A DNA stretch of 63,502 nt, filler included, from Collodictyon triciliatum (GCA_043381765.1; 27 parts of 27 records of this genome joined end to end with filler, not necessarily neighbours in it); one strand, 5' to 3'; positions 1 through 11,715 are shown, counted from the whole stretch's first letter. Notes: generated from the letters alone by a model not told the origin. Made by a program: numbers and translations.

Positions 1-257
1 CTGTAGCGAGGATTGAGTTTAGTTATCCATTTCTTGCATAAAAACGCTACACCTGCATGTCTGTTGATATTCGTCACAGGACCACATTTGTGGACGTTTC
101 CATATTTCATCATTGTTGTTAGATTGTCAGGGCTGAGCCATGTTTCTTGGAGGCAGATGATATCTGCATGAGAGAAAAGAGCAGTGTTTAGGGCCTCTTT
201 TCTTTTTTGGGGGTCGTTAATCCCCCTAACGTTCCACGACAGAACGTTAAAACGCAT
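1..257 (-). pseudogene. LINE ORF2 apurinic-like (APE) endonuclease N-terminus, frameshifted and truncated by the window start
   Basis: Manual translation from ATG 257 gives MRFNVLSWNVRGINDPQKRKEALNTALFSHADIICLQETWL (SWNVRG and DIICLQET motifs). The following HAGVAFL motif lies in another frame near 60. Confidence 0.9.
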
Positions 258-2263
258 GAATAATCTATTGGCTTTTGGAGGCCGTAGCCTCCGGTGGTTG
301 GCCCTCTCCGCTGGAGCTGGGTTGCCCAGAGTGGGATGGTTTACTCGAGTTATCCTTCATTTGGCCGCTACTATTATTGCTCGCGGTTCGGCCAGGATTT
401 ATCGGGTGGTCTTGGGCTTTTGGCTGCACCCCTTTGTAGCTGGTGTGTTGGGAGATGCACACTGTTGGTCATCAGTAACCCTCGGTTCTAATTTCCCTCT
501 CTCATCCACGCGGTAGGCAGGGCCAACCATGTTTCCGCTTTCATTCTGGCTTGCTTTCTGGCTCGCTATATTCGGTGGTGTACTTGACTGATTCATATTC
601 TTTTCCTCGGGCGAGGCTTTATCTTCGACGGTTTCGATATTTTTTTGGTGCGCCAGTGATTGCAGGATGAGTAACCGGTGTTTTATATTCGTCTACGTTT
701 CTTTTTCTTGGATAGGAAGCCGTTTCTCGCTGGGGAGTCGCAAGAGTTTCGACACTAGGTGTGCGCCCATAAACAGTACTTGAGGAGTAGTTCGTTGTTC
801 CCGAAGCTTCAAGGTGTTCACTTTCTCCTTCAGCAGAACCTTCTATGACGACGACAGGTTGGATGGACTGTTGTTCTTCCAATTCCGAGTCTGGGGCGTC
901 GCTTCTTATGGATTGCGCAGTGTTTGCTGAAGAAAGAGTCTCTTGGGTGGTCCCAGGAGCCATGCCCTCTAAGGTGGCTAGTGGGTGTGGTTTGCTGGGT
1001 GCCATTATGCTGTTCCCCGATTCTGTTACCCAGTTGGATTGGGCTTCCCTTTCCTCAGCATCCTTTTAATTATTTGAAGGAGAGTTTGGTGAGATATCAT
1101 CGGCTTGAGGAGGTTGGAAATCTTTGAGGTTATCGATGTTTCCTCCACTTTGAAGCCATTTCACTATTGATACTGCTTCCTTTGTATTCATTGGTGAACT
1201 TGATGAAGCACTTTCGGGCAAATCGCCTGGTGTTTCGTCCATTATTTCGATATCCATTTCTTGATTTTGGGGCCGTTCCTGAACCTTTGTCTTGATTGAG
1301 ACTTCGAACACTTCATCCACGGGTGTCTTGTCACGATTTCTCCCTCTGGCATTAGAGGACGACGCGTGTTGCCTTTGGCCTTGTTGGTGGGCTTTGGGCT
1401 TGTTTTGCACAGACGATTCCTGCACGGTTGGCCAGTCTTTAGCGCTGAAGTCGGCTACTGTTGTCTTGAAGCCCGAGAAGCGAGTGGTGGCGTTTTGTTT
1501 GTTGGTGGCCGCTTGATTGGTGGTGATAGGCTTGGTGATAGTTTTTTTTGTGGTTTGGCCTTGTGTGTCATACCCTTCTTTGTTGGGAAGAGTTGGTGGG
1601 ATGTCAGACTCTTTGAGGGCGCGTAACTCCACGCGACAGCGTCTGCCATAAATGACGATAAAGGGAGGTATTTTCCCCATTTTTTTTCCTGTTCTTCGTC
1701 AAAAGTAACGAGTGCATCTCTCATGCTTATTCCTCCAGGCTTTGTCCAGTTGACTTTGGTTGGGATGAAGTGCTCGTTGCAGGCCTTAAAAATATCAGTC
1801 TATTGACCCCCAGCGGTATGTTAGACAGGTGTGCAACCTTTGTGACGGTTTTTGCTGGCATGGGGGTGTAAAGGTGGTTGAGGAGCTTGAACGACCCCTC
1901 CTTAATGAAGGCAGCTGCGTTTTCTTTTCTTGGGAAGGCGATCCTGAGTCCGAGGGCAGGGCTGTCCACCATTAGAGTCACATCCTTCTCGTAGCACTTT
2001 CGGGCTTCCATAACCTCCCGCAGTTGCTTGCACATATTACTACGGGTTGCGAAAGAGAGAACAGGCCATTGCTTGCCCCAAAGGCGGACAAAGCAGTCTT
2101 CGTCTTTGAAGAGTTCGTTCTCAATCGCACTTTTTGATCGCGGTACGTCAGCCACGAATGATCGATCGGGAGGTTCCGTTTCCCGATGCAAGTTCGACGA
2201 TGGTTAGGGTTGACTGGCGCCATCATACTTCTGGTCTCACTGAAGTCCATTGATGGTTGAATT
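1..2263 (-). mobile_element. 5' portion of a degenerate non-LTR retrotransposon (L1/Tx1-like): broken ORF1 followed by the start of ORF2
   Basis: Intronless, ~48% GC, co-oriented minus-strand ORF fragments (2191-1727, 1680-1066, 1005-619, 596-399, 462-265) separated by stops and frameshifts. They lead directly into an APE-endonuclease N-terminus at 257. Confidence 0.85.
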
Positions 2264-2363
2264 NNNNNNNNNNNNNNNNNNNNNNNNNNNNNNNNNNNNN
2301 NNNNNNNTTAATTAATTAANNNNNNNNNNNNNNNNNNNNNNNNNNNNNNNNNNNNNNNNNNNN
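2264..2363. other. Artificial contig linker N44-TTAATTAATTAA-N44 (first of 26)
   Basis: An identical 100-nt spacer with stops in all six frames recurs about every 2.35 kb (cores near 2308, 4676, 7037, 9399, 11760, 14120, 16480, 18839, 21197, 23554, 25911, 28266, 30621, 32977, 35330, 37683, 40036, 42388, 44745, 47096, 49447, 51797, 54147, 56497, 58847, 61197). Confidence 0.99.
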
Positions 2364-3170
2364 CGTTGTTGTTCGTAGTGACCATCACGTTCAAGTGCTG
2401 AATGAGGATTTGAGCTTTTTCTGCACGGTTGGCACGGATGGCTCAGGCTCAAGTCAATTTAGCAATCCAATCGGAATCGCCATTTCGCATGATGGATGCA
2501 TCGCTGTTTGTGACTCTTCTAATCATCGTGTACAAATCTTTGATGATAACTTCAAGATGATTGAGACAATCCAATCGGGTCGCAAAAGAAGCGCACAAAG
2601 CACAGAATCCAGTGAGTTTGGCGGATTCTCCAATCCGTTTAATCCATGCTTTGACAGCGAAGGCAATCTTAATGTTACAAACAATGGCAAGAATCAAGTA
2701 GACAAGTTCAACCGTGTGTTTGAGTACAAACGCTCGTTTGCGAGAGCATCCTCTGGCGATGAAGGAATCGCATCCCCGTAGGGCATTTGCGTGACTGCAA
2801 AGAGCGAAGTGTGTGTGATTGGATGCGGCGGAGACAAAATCAAAATTTATTATGTGATAGGGATATTTCTGCGCACTGTCAGAATCAATAATGTGCCGGG
2901 TCATGTTTCGATTGCAGAAGGTCCAAACAACACAGTTGTGGTGAGTGAACATGAAATAATCATCACATACGCGTTTATGACATGACAAAAGACAATGTCG
3001 TTGTTCACACTTTCGGCACATCATCGCAGTCTTCACCAAATGATGGACAGTTTTATTGTCAGATGGGAGTCTGCTTTGGACCGAATCAGAAACTCTATGT
3101 TTGCGACTTCAGTAATCACCGCATCCAAAAGTTTGGCAAAAGCGAATTAGAATATGATTGGAGAGAATGA
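2364..3170 (+). pseudogene. NHL-repeat beta-propeller protein, disrupted, 5' partial
   Basis: QFSNPIGIAISHDGCIAVCDSSNHRVQIFD and GQFYCQMGVCFGPNQKLYVCDFSNHRIQKFG are NHL repeats. There is an in-frame TAG at 2779-2781 (SP*GICV) and a frameshift near 2955 (HHIRVYD continues in another frame). Confidence 0.85.
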
Positions 3171-4731
3171 CGGAGAAAAATCCTCAAAGGAGGATAAAAA
3201 GGCAGAGTGAGAAAAGTCTGATTGAATAAAAACTTAACAGATTAATTGCAGCTATTTGTGTGTATTTATGAAAATGCCGAATAGTAAAAATGGATGTGAA
3301 TATTTAATTTGATTTTATTTGATTATTTCATAACATCATTTTGCAATAAATCCCAGCACGATTACGCGCAATAACTCGGCATCATTCATCTTCCTTCGTA
3401 GTCAATCTCGCTTCGAGAAACTGATTCTCCATCAATCATTCAAACATGATAAACTGCGATAAAGGTAATGCGGCCCACCAAACACCTCTTGAAAAGCAAA
3501 GACTGTGTTGTACACCTTCGAGAAAAGTCATAACCAGTTCTCTGCTCTACTAATCTCTGGGAAGGAAATAAAGGCAGCCAACCGCGGAGTGTGATGGAAG
3601 TCCGAAGCCACTGTCGAAAGGATGTGACTTTTTTATCGGTGAATCCTGATTGCAACCTCGGACTTTGGTATCAACAGAAGAAATGGGGAAGAAATGAATC
3701 TGTTTTTACAAAGACTGCGCACTCCTATCTCGCCTAAAGTATATTCATTTGTTAGACATGGCATCAGAAAGCTGCATATTTATTGAACGGCCGAGTTTGG
3801 ACAGAGCTGCAAGACGTATTGTATCCCTGTAAAAGGCGTATTCTTTCCAATCAAATGCAAGCGAATGAAACCTTCGGCAGAAAAATGAGTAACAAAGTCC
3901 TTTTTTTTTCTTTTTTCTTTTTTTTGGAGGAGGAAGAAAATGACTCTTTTCTGTTTGGGATTGGCAAAATAACCTTTCTTGCAGATATCCCAAAGATGCT
4001 GACATCCAGACTTTTCCTTCCAATACAAAACGAGTTCCATCGAACAAGAAACTTATTCGCACCAATAGAGAAAGAAAGAAGAAAAAGGGAAAAAAGACAC
4101 TATTAACGTAAAAAAATAGCATTTGTAGGATTCTTGCATGACATTCAGTTCCAATAAACCCATTACCGACTTTCAAACCAATAAAGTGTTGCGGATGACA
4201 TGGGCGAATAATCGGGTATTACCATCAAACAGGTAGCTTCGCTGACAACAGCCAGTAAAAAGAGACGGAATCGGTACCGAACCTCCTTTTTTTGAAGATA
4301 TCGGGATAGCCTTGCAATCACCCAGGATGTTGGAGCCTTCTTTTCACACCAACCGGATTTCATCAGCTTGATTATGTGATGCTGCGATGAATGATACTTT
4401 GCGAGTCTCGCACTTTATCTAAAACAGAGTCTGACAATATTAACATAACATGCAGCAATCCAACCTCGTGTGCTCATTCAGATAAGGTCGCTTCCACCAA
4501 CTTATTTCTGCTGGCGTCGTTTGCCTACCAGTCAGACTTAAACTCAACCCATCTGCTGCTTATCCAACGCACTTCAATCGGTCTATCTTCTGGCTCAATA
4601 CATTGATATTTTGCCAATCCAAGAAGGTAGCNNNNNNNNNNNNNNNNNNNNNNNNNNNNNNNNNNNNNNNNNNNNTTAATTAATTAANNNNNNNNNNNNN
4701 NNNNNNNNNNNNNNNNNNNNNNNNNNNNNNN

Positions 4732-4858
4732 AGTGCTAGCCTCTCCACGGTAGTGTCTTCTCCTACTCGCGTTTGCTCTCTCCCATGCGCTCCCATCCCG
4801 CCCCTTTGTATGGCATAACCTCGCTACACTTTGAATCGAATAAAGGAAAAAAGAAAAA
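4732..4858 (+). mobile_element. 3' end of a dispersed A-tailed repeat (LINE 3' end or SINE-like), cut by the contig start
   Basis: Closely matches 13197-13314 and the reverse complement of 56244-56362. Ends CTTTGAATCGAATAAAGG followed by an A-rich tail. Confidence 0.85.
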
Positions 4859-6097
4859 GACAATCCAAACAAGTACACTCCATGTCTGATTTACATGAAT
4901 CACATTTTTGAGGACATAGGAACCCAAAACTGTTTCAACCAATCTCTATAAGAACTAACAATATACCGTGTCATATTACTCCAGATACTGCATGTTTGAT
5001 AGATATATTAGTATTAACTGGAAAAACATCATTAATGAAGAATATATCAGGATTTGAAGAGACCCTATGGGATAAGTTCTTTGAAATGAAGAAGAGAGTC
5101 TTTCATCAAAAAGACTACAATTTTAAATACATGATACAAACAGATGGCTTGGCGGTGTGATTATTGTTTGAAAAGAAAGGTATTTCAAATTCAAAATCCA
5201 AATATAATCAAAAGAACCAAGAATATGTTTATATAGATGAACTTTCCGATGAGCTGTTATCTTTATTGATGGCAAAAAAATATAGTTGGGATGGATGCAG
5301 GCAAGTTTAATTTTGTTTACATGGTGGATGAGACATATAATAAATTACGTTACCCGGCACACCAAAGAAGACATGATAGCAAATCTCTTAAAAATGACAA
5401 AATACTCTTGTGCAAGAAAAAAAAGTGCAATGCTTCAGGGATGTGCATGGCAATAGGTTTACAAAGTGCTGTTTCTTTTGGTGCTAAGACTTTTGAAGAG
5501 AATCAGCAGTTTGAGGCATCAAGAGTATCTTTAATCGATTTAGAGACAGAACTGAGTAAACATAATTCATGCACGGTCGATTATGAACAATTTCGAAAAC
5601 ATGTATCTATAGAATCAAGATTCCGGATAGAACTTTCCGGATTTTATGAACAAGTGACTTTTTCCGAAAGATGACATGGAGACAGTATGTTAATACAAAA
5701 AGAAGTGAACAGTTGTTTATGGACCGAATCGAAAAGACATTTGGCAAGGATGTTGTACTGGCGTATGGAGACTGGAGCAGAAAATCTCTGATGAAGCATT
5801 TTATGCCAACAATCGGAAGAGGATTACGAAAAATGCTATCCAAACGTTTTGAAACAGTTAGTGTAGATGAATATTAGAACCTCCAAGATGTGCTGCAACT
5901 GCGAAAAAGAACTGGAATATATGACATCGAAAGGAAATTCAAAAAAAAGGTATATAGATGTCTCATGTAAAGAATGTAATCGCTCATAGAGTAAACAAAG
6001 TGTTTTCTTGACAAGAGACTTAAACAGCGCTAATAATATACTCAACAAAGTTTTTCCAATTCTTCAAAATATGCCTACACCTTCCTCTAAAAAATAG
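4859..6097 (+). pseudogene. Fanzor1 (eukaryotic TnpB-like RNA-guided endonuclease), copy A, disrupted and 5' truncated
   Basis: Across frames: NPNKY..PCLIYMN, FKYMIQTDGLAV*LLF, RuvC-I VGMDAGK, YGDWS...MPTIGRGLRKMLSKRF, RuvC-II VDEY, TSKMCCNC zinc finger, RuvC-III LTRDLNSANNI. Several stops and frameshifts. Homologous to 54797-56243. Confidence 0.9.
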
Positions 6098-6214
6098 ACT
6101 GTCGGGTCTTTCCTGGCTGCCTTCACCACCACACAATCTTTGTTAAAAAGTGGTGAGACCTTGGATGTTAGCGCACCAGGTTTACTGATCAAAAGATTGA
6201 TATACCCCTTCTAG
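6098..6214 (+). ncRNA. Candidate Fanzor omegaRNA scaffold and element right end, copy A
   Basis: Non-coding stretch conserved with 54670-54787 (minus strand). Similarity stops at CTAG 6211-6214. Nested stems CCTGG/CCAGG and TCACCAC/GTGGTGA plus a terminal hairpin. Confidence 0.7.
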
Positions 6215-6659
6215 ATAATCTTTTGACCAGGTGATTGGGCATCCAGAATGAGCCGGTTAATTCCTTCGGTTATAATTTCCACAATTGTTGTTGGGCGAAG
6301 AGCTGGTTCCACGAACAAGCCCACGCCAAACAAATCCAAATTCCCACAGTTGTGGTCTGCCCGCCCTATAAAAATCCGCAACCCGACGAGTTCGCCCGAT
6401 CGCAACATAACTTCTGAGACAAAAGAGAAATCTGGGAAGGCCAAAAGCCGCTCGAGCACGACCACACAACGCCACCAACGCGTTATCCCCAACGCCGTTG
6501 GCCACCCTTATGCCTGCACCCATCTCACTTCGCCATGGGCTACAGCTGAGCGCAACTAACCGGAATATAACTGAGTGGGATGAGAGAAAACAAGGAAAGG
6601 CGAGAGTATTAAGCCCAAACAAAGCACAGTTCTACCCATCCAGAAGGCAGCTACCCAAG

Positions 6660-6992
6660 AAACAAAACATTACAAAACATTACAAAACATTACAAAACAT
6701 TACAAAACATTACAAAACATTACAAAACATTACAAAACATTACAAAACATTACACAACATTACAAAACATTACAAAACATTACAAAACAAAAACAAAACA
6801 AAACCAAACCAAACCAAACCAAACCAAACCAAACCAAACCAAACCAAACCAAAACAAACCAAAACAAACCAAAACAAACCAAACCAAAACAAACCAAAAC
6901 AAACCAAAACAAACCAAAACAAACCAAAACAAACCAAAACAAACCAAAACAAACCAAAACAAAACAAAACAAAACAAAACAAACCAAAACAA
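6660..6992. repeat. Compound microsatellite (ACAAAACATT)n, (AAACC)n, (AAAAC)n
   Basis: Direct inspection. Similar simple repeats terminate most contigs in the window. Confidence 0.95.
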
Positions 6993-7485
6993 NNNNNNNN
7001 NNNNNNNNNNNNNNNNNNNNNNNNNNNNNNNNNNNNTTAATTAATTAANNNNNNNNNNNNNNNNNNNNNNNNNNNNNNNNNNNNNNNNNNNNTTGGGGTT
7101 TTTTTATTGGGGTTTTTTTATTGGGGTTTTTTTATTGGGGTTTTTTTATTGGGGTTTTTTTATTGGGGTTTTTTTATTGGGGTTTTTTTATTGTGTTTTT
7201 TATTGGTTTTCGTTTAATATTGTGATCTCAATAACAACGGCTACTCAAATTTGGAATTTATAAACAAAGCAATATAACATATCTTAGTTGATCTTTAAGT
7301 GCCCGATAAGTAGTAAAAGCTACTGGACAATAAAATTGATCATAGAAAAATCAAAATTGCTGCATCATTCGCTACTGCTTCTTAATTGTAAGATCTTGGG
7401 CGGAGAAGCGCGTTTCGGGCACAACCCAAAGCCGATCGGCCTTCTGTCCTTTTGTCTGACTACGCGCCGAAAAGACCGTAGCGCT

Positions 7486-8080
7486 ATGGCGTCCGCAGTT
7501 CCCCAAAGTCTTCGCAAAGTCGCCGTTTTCCTGCGAAGAGCAAACGAAGTCTCCGCTGACTTTCCTATAGTCTCGTACAATTGTAAGACTCTATCTTTTT
7601 CTTTTTCTTTTTCTTTTTCTTTTCTTTTTTCTTTTTTCTTTTTTCTTTTTTCTTTTTTCTTTTTTCTTTTTCTTTTTCTTTTTTCTTTTTTCTTTTCTTG
7701 TTTTCAATTTTATAATATCCTACAACAGATAAAAACCGCTGGAATTTTACCAGTACATTTACCTTACGTTTGACCATTTCTTGTTATTTCTTTTGTATTT
7801 TCTTTCACTATACTCAGGTCGTCAGTTTTTTGTGCAGCAGGCCTTAGAAATCCAAAAGACGCTCCCGCCCGCAGAAAAGAAGCCAGTCACAAAATATATC
7901 CTAGATGTAATGGATCAACTTGAAAGGGTTTGCTCACTTACTCATGAAATATACTTTTAAGATGATATACCCATTTCATCCTCATTTTTGTTTTTGTTTT
8001 TGTTTTTGTTTTTGTTTTTGTTTTTGTTTTTGTTTTTATTTTTATTTTTATTTTTATTTTTATTTTTATTTTTATTTTTA

Positions 8081-8111
<31 letters not shown>

Positions 8112-9021
8112 CGCCACATCTTTCATCTGCACTCAACCTCTGATGTTATGTGCAAAGGATAAACTCAGCCTCGTACAAATGCCTGAGTTTGAACGAGCGG
8201 CCGTTCATCATCTTGATTTTGCGCTTAAAGTATTTGATGGAGTGGACACACAAGATCGCGAAGGAAACATCGATGAGTAGAAATTTCCTCTTCACATGAA
8301 CGACTCATTTTCTATTCTCTTGACATGTTAAATGACTAGTTGTATATAATTGTATTCGCTCATCTGCTTTTATATTTTATGAAGCGAGAGACGATTTTAT
8401 ATGGCGGATGGAAGCTTTTCTTCTGAAATCGTGGTTTTTTTAATATATATATATTATTTTGGCTATATAGAGGCACTGCATCAGGATTTCTGGCCGCTTC
8501 ACAATTCTTTGAGGCACTCCAGATATTCGGGCCTCTCCCAGCGGAGGTATATCAAAAGCTCTTTCATAACATACATTTATTTATATATTTCATGACATTA
8601 CTAAATCAATATTTACATCACAAAAAAAATACTATCATGGTATGGAAACATGAGAAGTCGGCTGCTTACATCATCCTACTATATCAAGGTATCGGAGAAG
8701 AAAAAGTATGCAAAGTGGAAGGCATCCAGTATCACCAAAGCGCTGAAATCCGGCGTTGTCCCGTCACCCGGTGCTCCCGGAGAAGCTGCGGCTCTTGAGA
8801 AGGAACTTGACGAGCTTATGAAAAGTGCGCCAGAACAGTCCGCTCAACAAAGCAACGCCAGTGATGCAGGGTTATCTGCTGAGCCCACAACCGAAACATC
8901 CATTGCCCGAATCGATGCTCCAAAAGATGCGGCCCAGCCTTTGGAGGAAAGAAACCCGCACCAGTCAAACCCCGCATCGAATCCCAGTACATCAAGGCAA
9001 ACTCCGGCTCGAGTGCAAGAG
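7486..9021 (+). CDS. VTA1: Vacuolar protein sorting-associated protein VTA1/LIP5 (ESCRT, MIT domains), multi-exon, 3' partial
   Basis: Exons with GT-AG introns: MASAVPQSLRKVAVFLRRANEVSADFPIVSYNC / RQFFVQQALEIQ...YILDVMDQLE / DFALKVFDGVDTQDREG / TASGFLAASQFFEALQIFGPLPAE / VSEKKKYAKWKASSITKALKSGVVPSPG. Confidence 0.92.
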
Positions 9022-11340
9022 GTATCTTAGTTTTATTTGTTTTATTTGTTTTTTCATTTATTTTTTCATTTATTTTTTCATTTATTTTTTCATTTATTTT
9101 TTCATTTATTTTTTCATTTATTTTTTCATTTATTTTTTCATTTATTTTTTTAACCAATAAATGAAGTATGTAAGCTGCCCAGTTCTTTAAAATGGTTTAC
9201 TCTTTGCTTTTTTCTTCTTTTTTTCTTTTTTCTTTTTTTTTTTTCTTTTTTCTTTTTTCTTTTTTCTTTGGGGTTTTTTTATTGGGGTTTTTTTATTGGG
9301 TTTTTTTTATTGGGGTTTTTTTATTGGGGTTTTTTTATTGGGGTTTTTTTATTGNNNNNNNNNNNNNNNNNNNNNNNNNNNNNNNNNNNNNNNNNNNNTT
9401 AATTAATTAANNNNNNNNNNNNNNNNNNNNNNNNNNNNNNNNNNNNNNNNNNNNATATTTTTGGATTTTTTCGTCTTAGGGGGCGGCGTGTGATTAATTC
9501 TTGTAGTTGAATTATTGGCGAGTATTTTGGTCACGCAGTCATTAATATGCATGCAGGGCCATTGATAGAGATAATTAAGGTCAGAGATATTTTCCAGGAT
9601 TAGAGGATATGAAAATATAGGACGGATGGATGGATAAAAGTGTGATTGCTGGGATTGTAGAGAGATGAAAGGGATGATTTATTAGTCAAATAAACAAGAA
9701 ATAAAAACATAGAAATAGTAGAGTAAAAGGGTCAGGTAAAGGACGGATTCCAGAATCTAGAAAGTGTCGGCATTGCATAAATGGGCAGTTTGGACACAAA
9801 ATTTCGGTTAGAGAAATTCAGAATTGGTTTATCGCATTCAGATAATAAAGANNNNNNNNNNNNNNNNNNNNNNNNNNNGTGAAATAGTTTATATTGTCNN
9901 NNNNNNNNNNNNNNNNNNNNNNNNNNNNNNNNNNNNNNNNNNNNNNNNNNNNNNNNNNNNNNNNNNNNNNNNNNNNNNNNNNNNNNNNNNNNNNNNNNNN
10001 NNNNNNNNNNNNNNNNNNNNNNNNNNNNNNNNNNNNNNNNNNNNNNNNNNNNNNNNNNNNNNNNNNNNNNNNNNNNNNNNNNNNNNNNNNNNNNNNNNNN
10101 NNNNNNNNNNNNNNNNNNNNNNNNNNNNNNNNNNNNNNNNNNNNNNNNNNNNNNNNNNNNNNNNNNNNNNNNNNNNNNNNNNNNNNNNNNNNNNNNNNNN
10201 NNNNNNNNNNNNNNNNNNNNNNNNNNNNNNNNNNNNNNNNNNNNNNNNNNNNNNNNNNNNNNNNNNNNNNNNNNNNNNNNNNNNNNNNNNNNNNNNNNNN
10301 NNNNNNNNNNNNNNNNNNNNNNNNNNNNNNNNNNNNNNNNNNNNNNNNNNNNNNNNNNNNNNNNNNNNNNNNNNNNNNNNNNNNNNCTGCAAAAATGCTG
10401 TAATTATAGTGCAAAAAGTCACAAAAATGAGCAGGGTTACTTGGATACTTTTGCAGCTGGATATATTTGCACAGATCTACAATTTTGTCGTCTGAATTTG
10501 GATATAGATTGGCGCTAGCGATCATAATGATTCAATTATGGGTTATGCGCTATATATTCCAGATATAGTTGTACCGCCATTTATCCTTTACTTTCATTTT
10601 GTGTGCATTTTCCTTTCATTTTCCTTTCATTTTCATTTCTTTCATTCTCATCTTCATTTTCACTTTCATTTTCATTTCCTTCTTANNNNNNNNNNNNNNN
10701 NNNNNNNNNNNNNNNNNNNNNNNNNNNNNNNNNNNNNNNNNNNNNNNNNNNNNNNNNNNNNNNNNNNNNNNNNNNNNNNNNNNNNNNNNNNNNNNNNNNN
10801 NNNNNNNNNNNNNNNNNNNNNNNNNNNNNNNNNNNNNNNNNNNNNNNNNNNNNNNNNNNNNNNNNNNNNNNNNNNNNNNNNNNNNNNNNNNNNNNNNNNN
10901 NNNNNNNNNNNNNNNNNNNNNNNNNNNNNNNNNNNNNNNNNNNNNNNNNNNNNNNNNNNNNNNNNNNNNNNNNNNNNNNNNNNNNNNNNNNNNNNNNNNN
11001 NNNNNNNNNNNNNNNNNNNNNNNNNNNNNNNNNNNNNNNNNNNNNNNNNNNNNNNNNNNNNNNNNNNNNNNNNNNNNNNNNNNNNNNNNNNNNNNNNNNN
11101 NNNNNNNNNNNNNNNNNNNNNNNNNNNNNNNNNNNNNNNNNNNNNNNNNNNNNNNNNNNNNNNNNNNNNNNNNNNNNNNNNNNNNNNNNNNNNNNNNNNN
11201 NNNNNNNNNNNNNNNNNNNNNNNNNNNNNNNNNNNNNNNNNNNNNNNNNNNNNNNNNNNNNNNNNNNNNNNNNNNNNNNNNNNNNNNNNNNNNNNNNNNN
11301 NNNNNNNNNNNNNNNNNNNNNNNNNNNNNNNNNNNNNNNN

Positions 11341-11715
11341 TGATATTCATCGTCGCCACTTAATATTGACCATTGTGATAATATTCATCGCATTGATTTT
11401 CATCATCACGTTGATTTTCATGGTCACGTGGATATTCTTTGTCACGTTGATATCCTTCTTCATGTTGATTTTCATGGCCCTGAGGATTTTCATGACCGTG
11501 AGGATATTCTTCGTCGAGTGGATATTCATCGTCATGTTGATTTTCATCGTTGCATTGATATTCATCGTCATTCACGTATCCTTCTTCATGTTAATATTCA
11601 TCGCCGTGTTAATATTCATCGTCCTAACCCCATATTTACGATTGTGTGAATATTTATGATTTAGTGAATATTCATCATCACTTAAATATTAATTGCCCTG
11701 AGGATATTCATCTTC
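11341..11715. repeat. Degenerate 18-nt minisatellite, consensus about GATATTCATCGTCATGTT
   Basis: Visible 18-nt periodicity. The minus strand reads as acidic hexapeptides (DDEYPL, DENQHD) interrupted by stops. Confidence 0.8.

Noticed and set aside
6215-6231. Predicted copy-A guide resembling WD40 gene sequence ATAATTTTTGACC near 39006
   Set aside because: The match is short, AT-rich and gapped, as expected by chance. Native guides should match the element's own empty insertion site.
6498-7040. ORFs made of simple repeats or Ns (also 9818-11659, 21201-21401, 23861-24403, 37316-37694, 51502-51708, 58851-59831, 62177-62585)
   Set aside because: These are translations of microsatellites or assembly gaps, not proteins.
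7093-9354. (TTGGGGTTTTTTTA)n at both contig ends as telomeres of a nanochromosome
   Set aside because: Both arrays have the same orientation rather than inverted, and the right one falls within the unfinished VTA1 gene (intron). It behaves like the other simple repeats that break contigs. The same applies to (TTTTTTAGG)n at about 42515-42600.
11341-11715. Alternative genetic code (TAA/TAG = Gln), suggested by TAA at Gln positions here and TAG in the NHL gene
   Set aside because: Long genes (WD40, LIM, GAIN) contain many Gln codons with no in-frame TAA or TAG, and SIRT4 and the GAIN gene end at TAG. The stops are better explained as decay.
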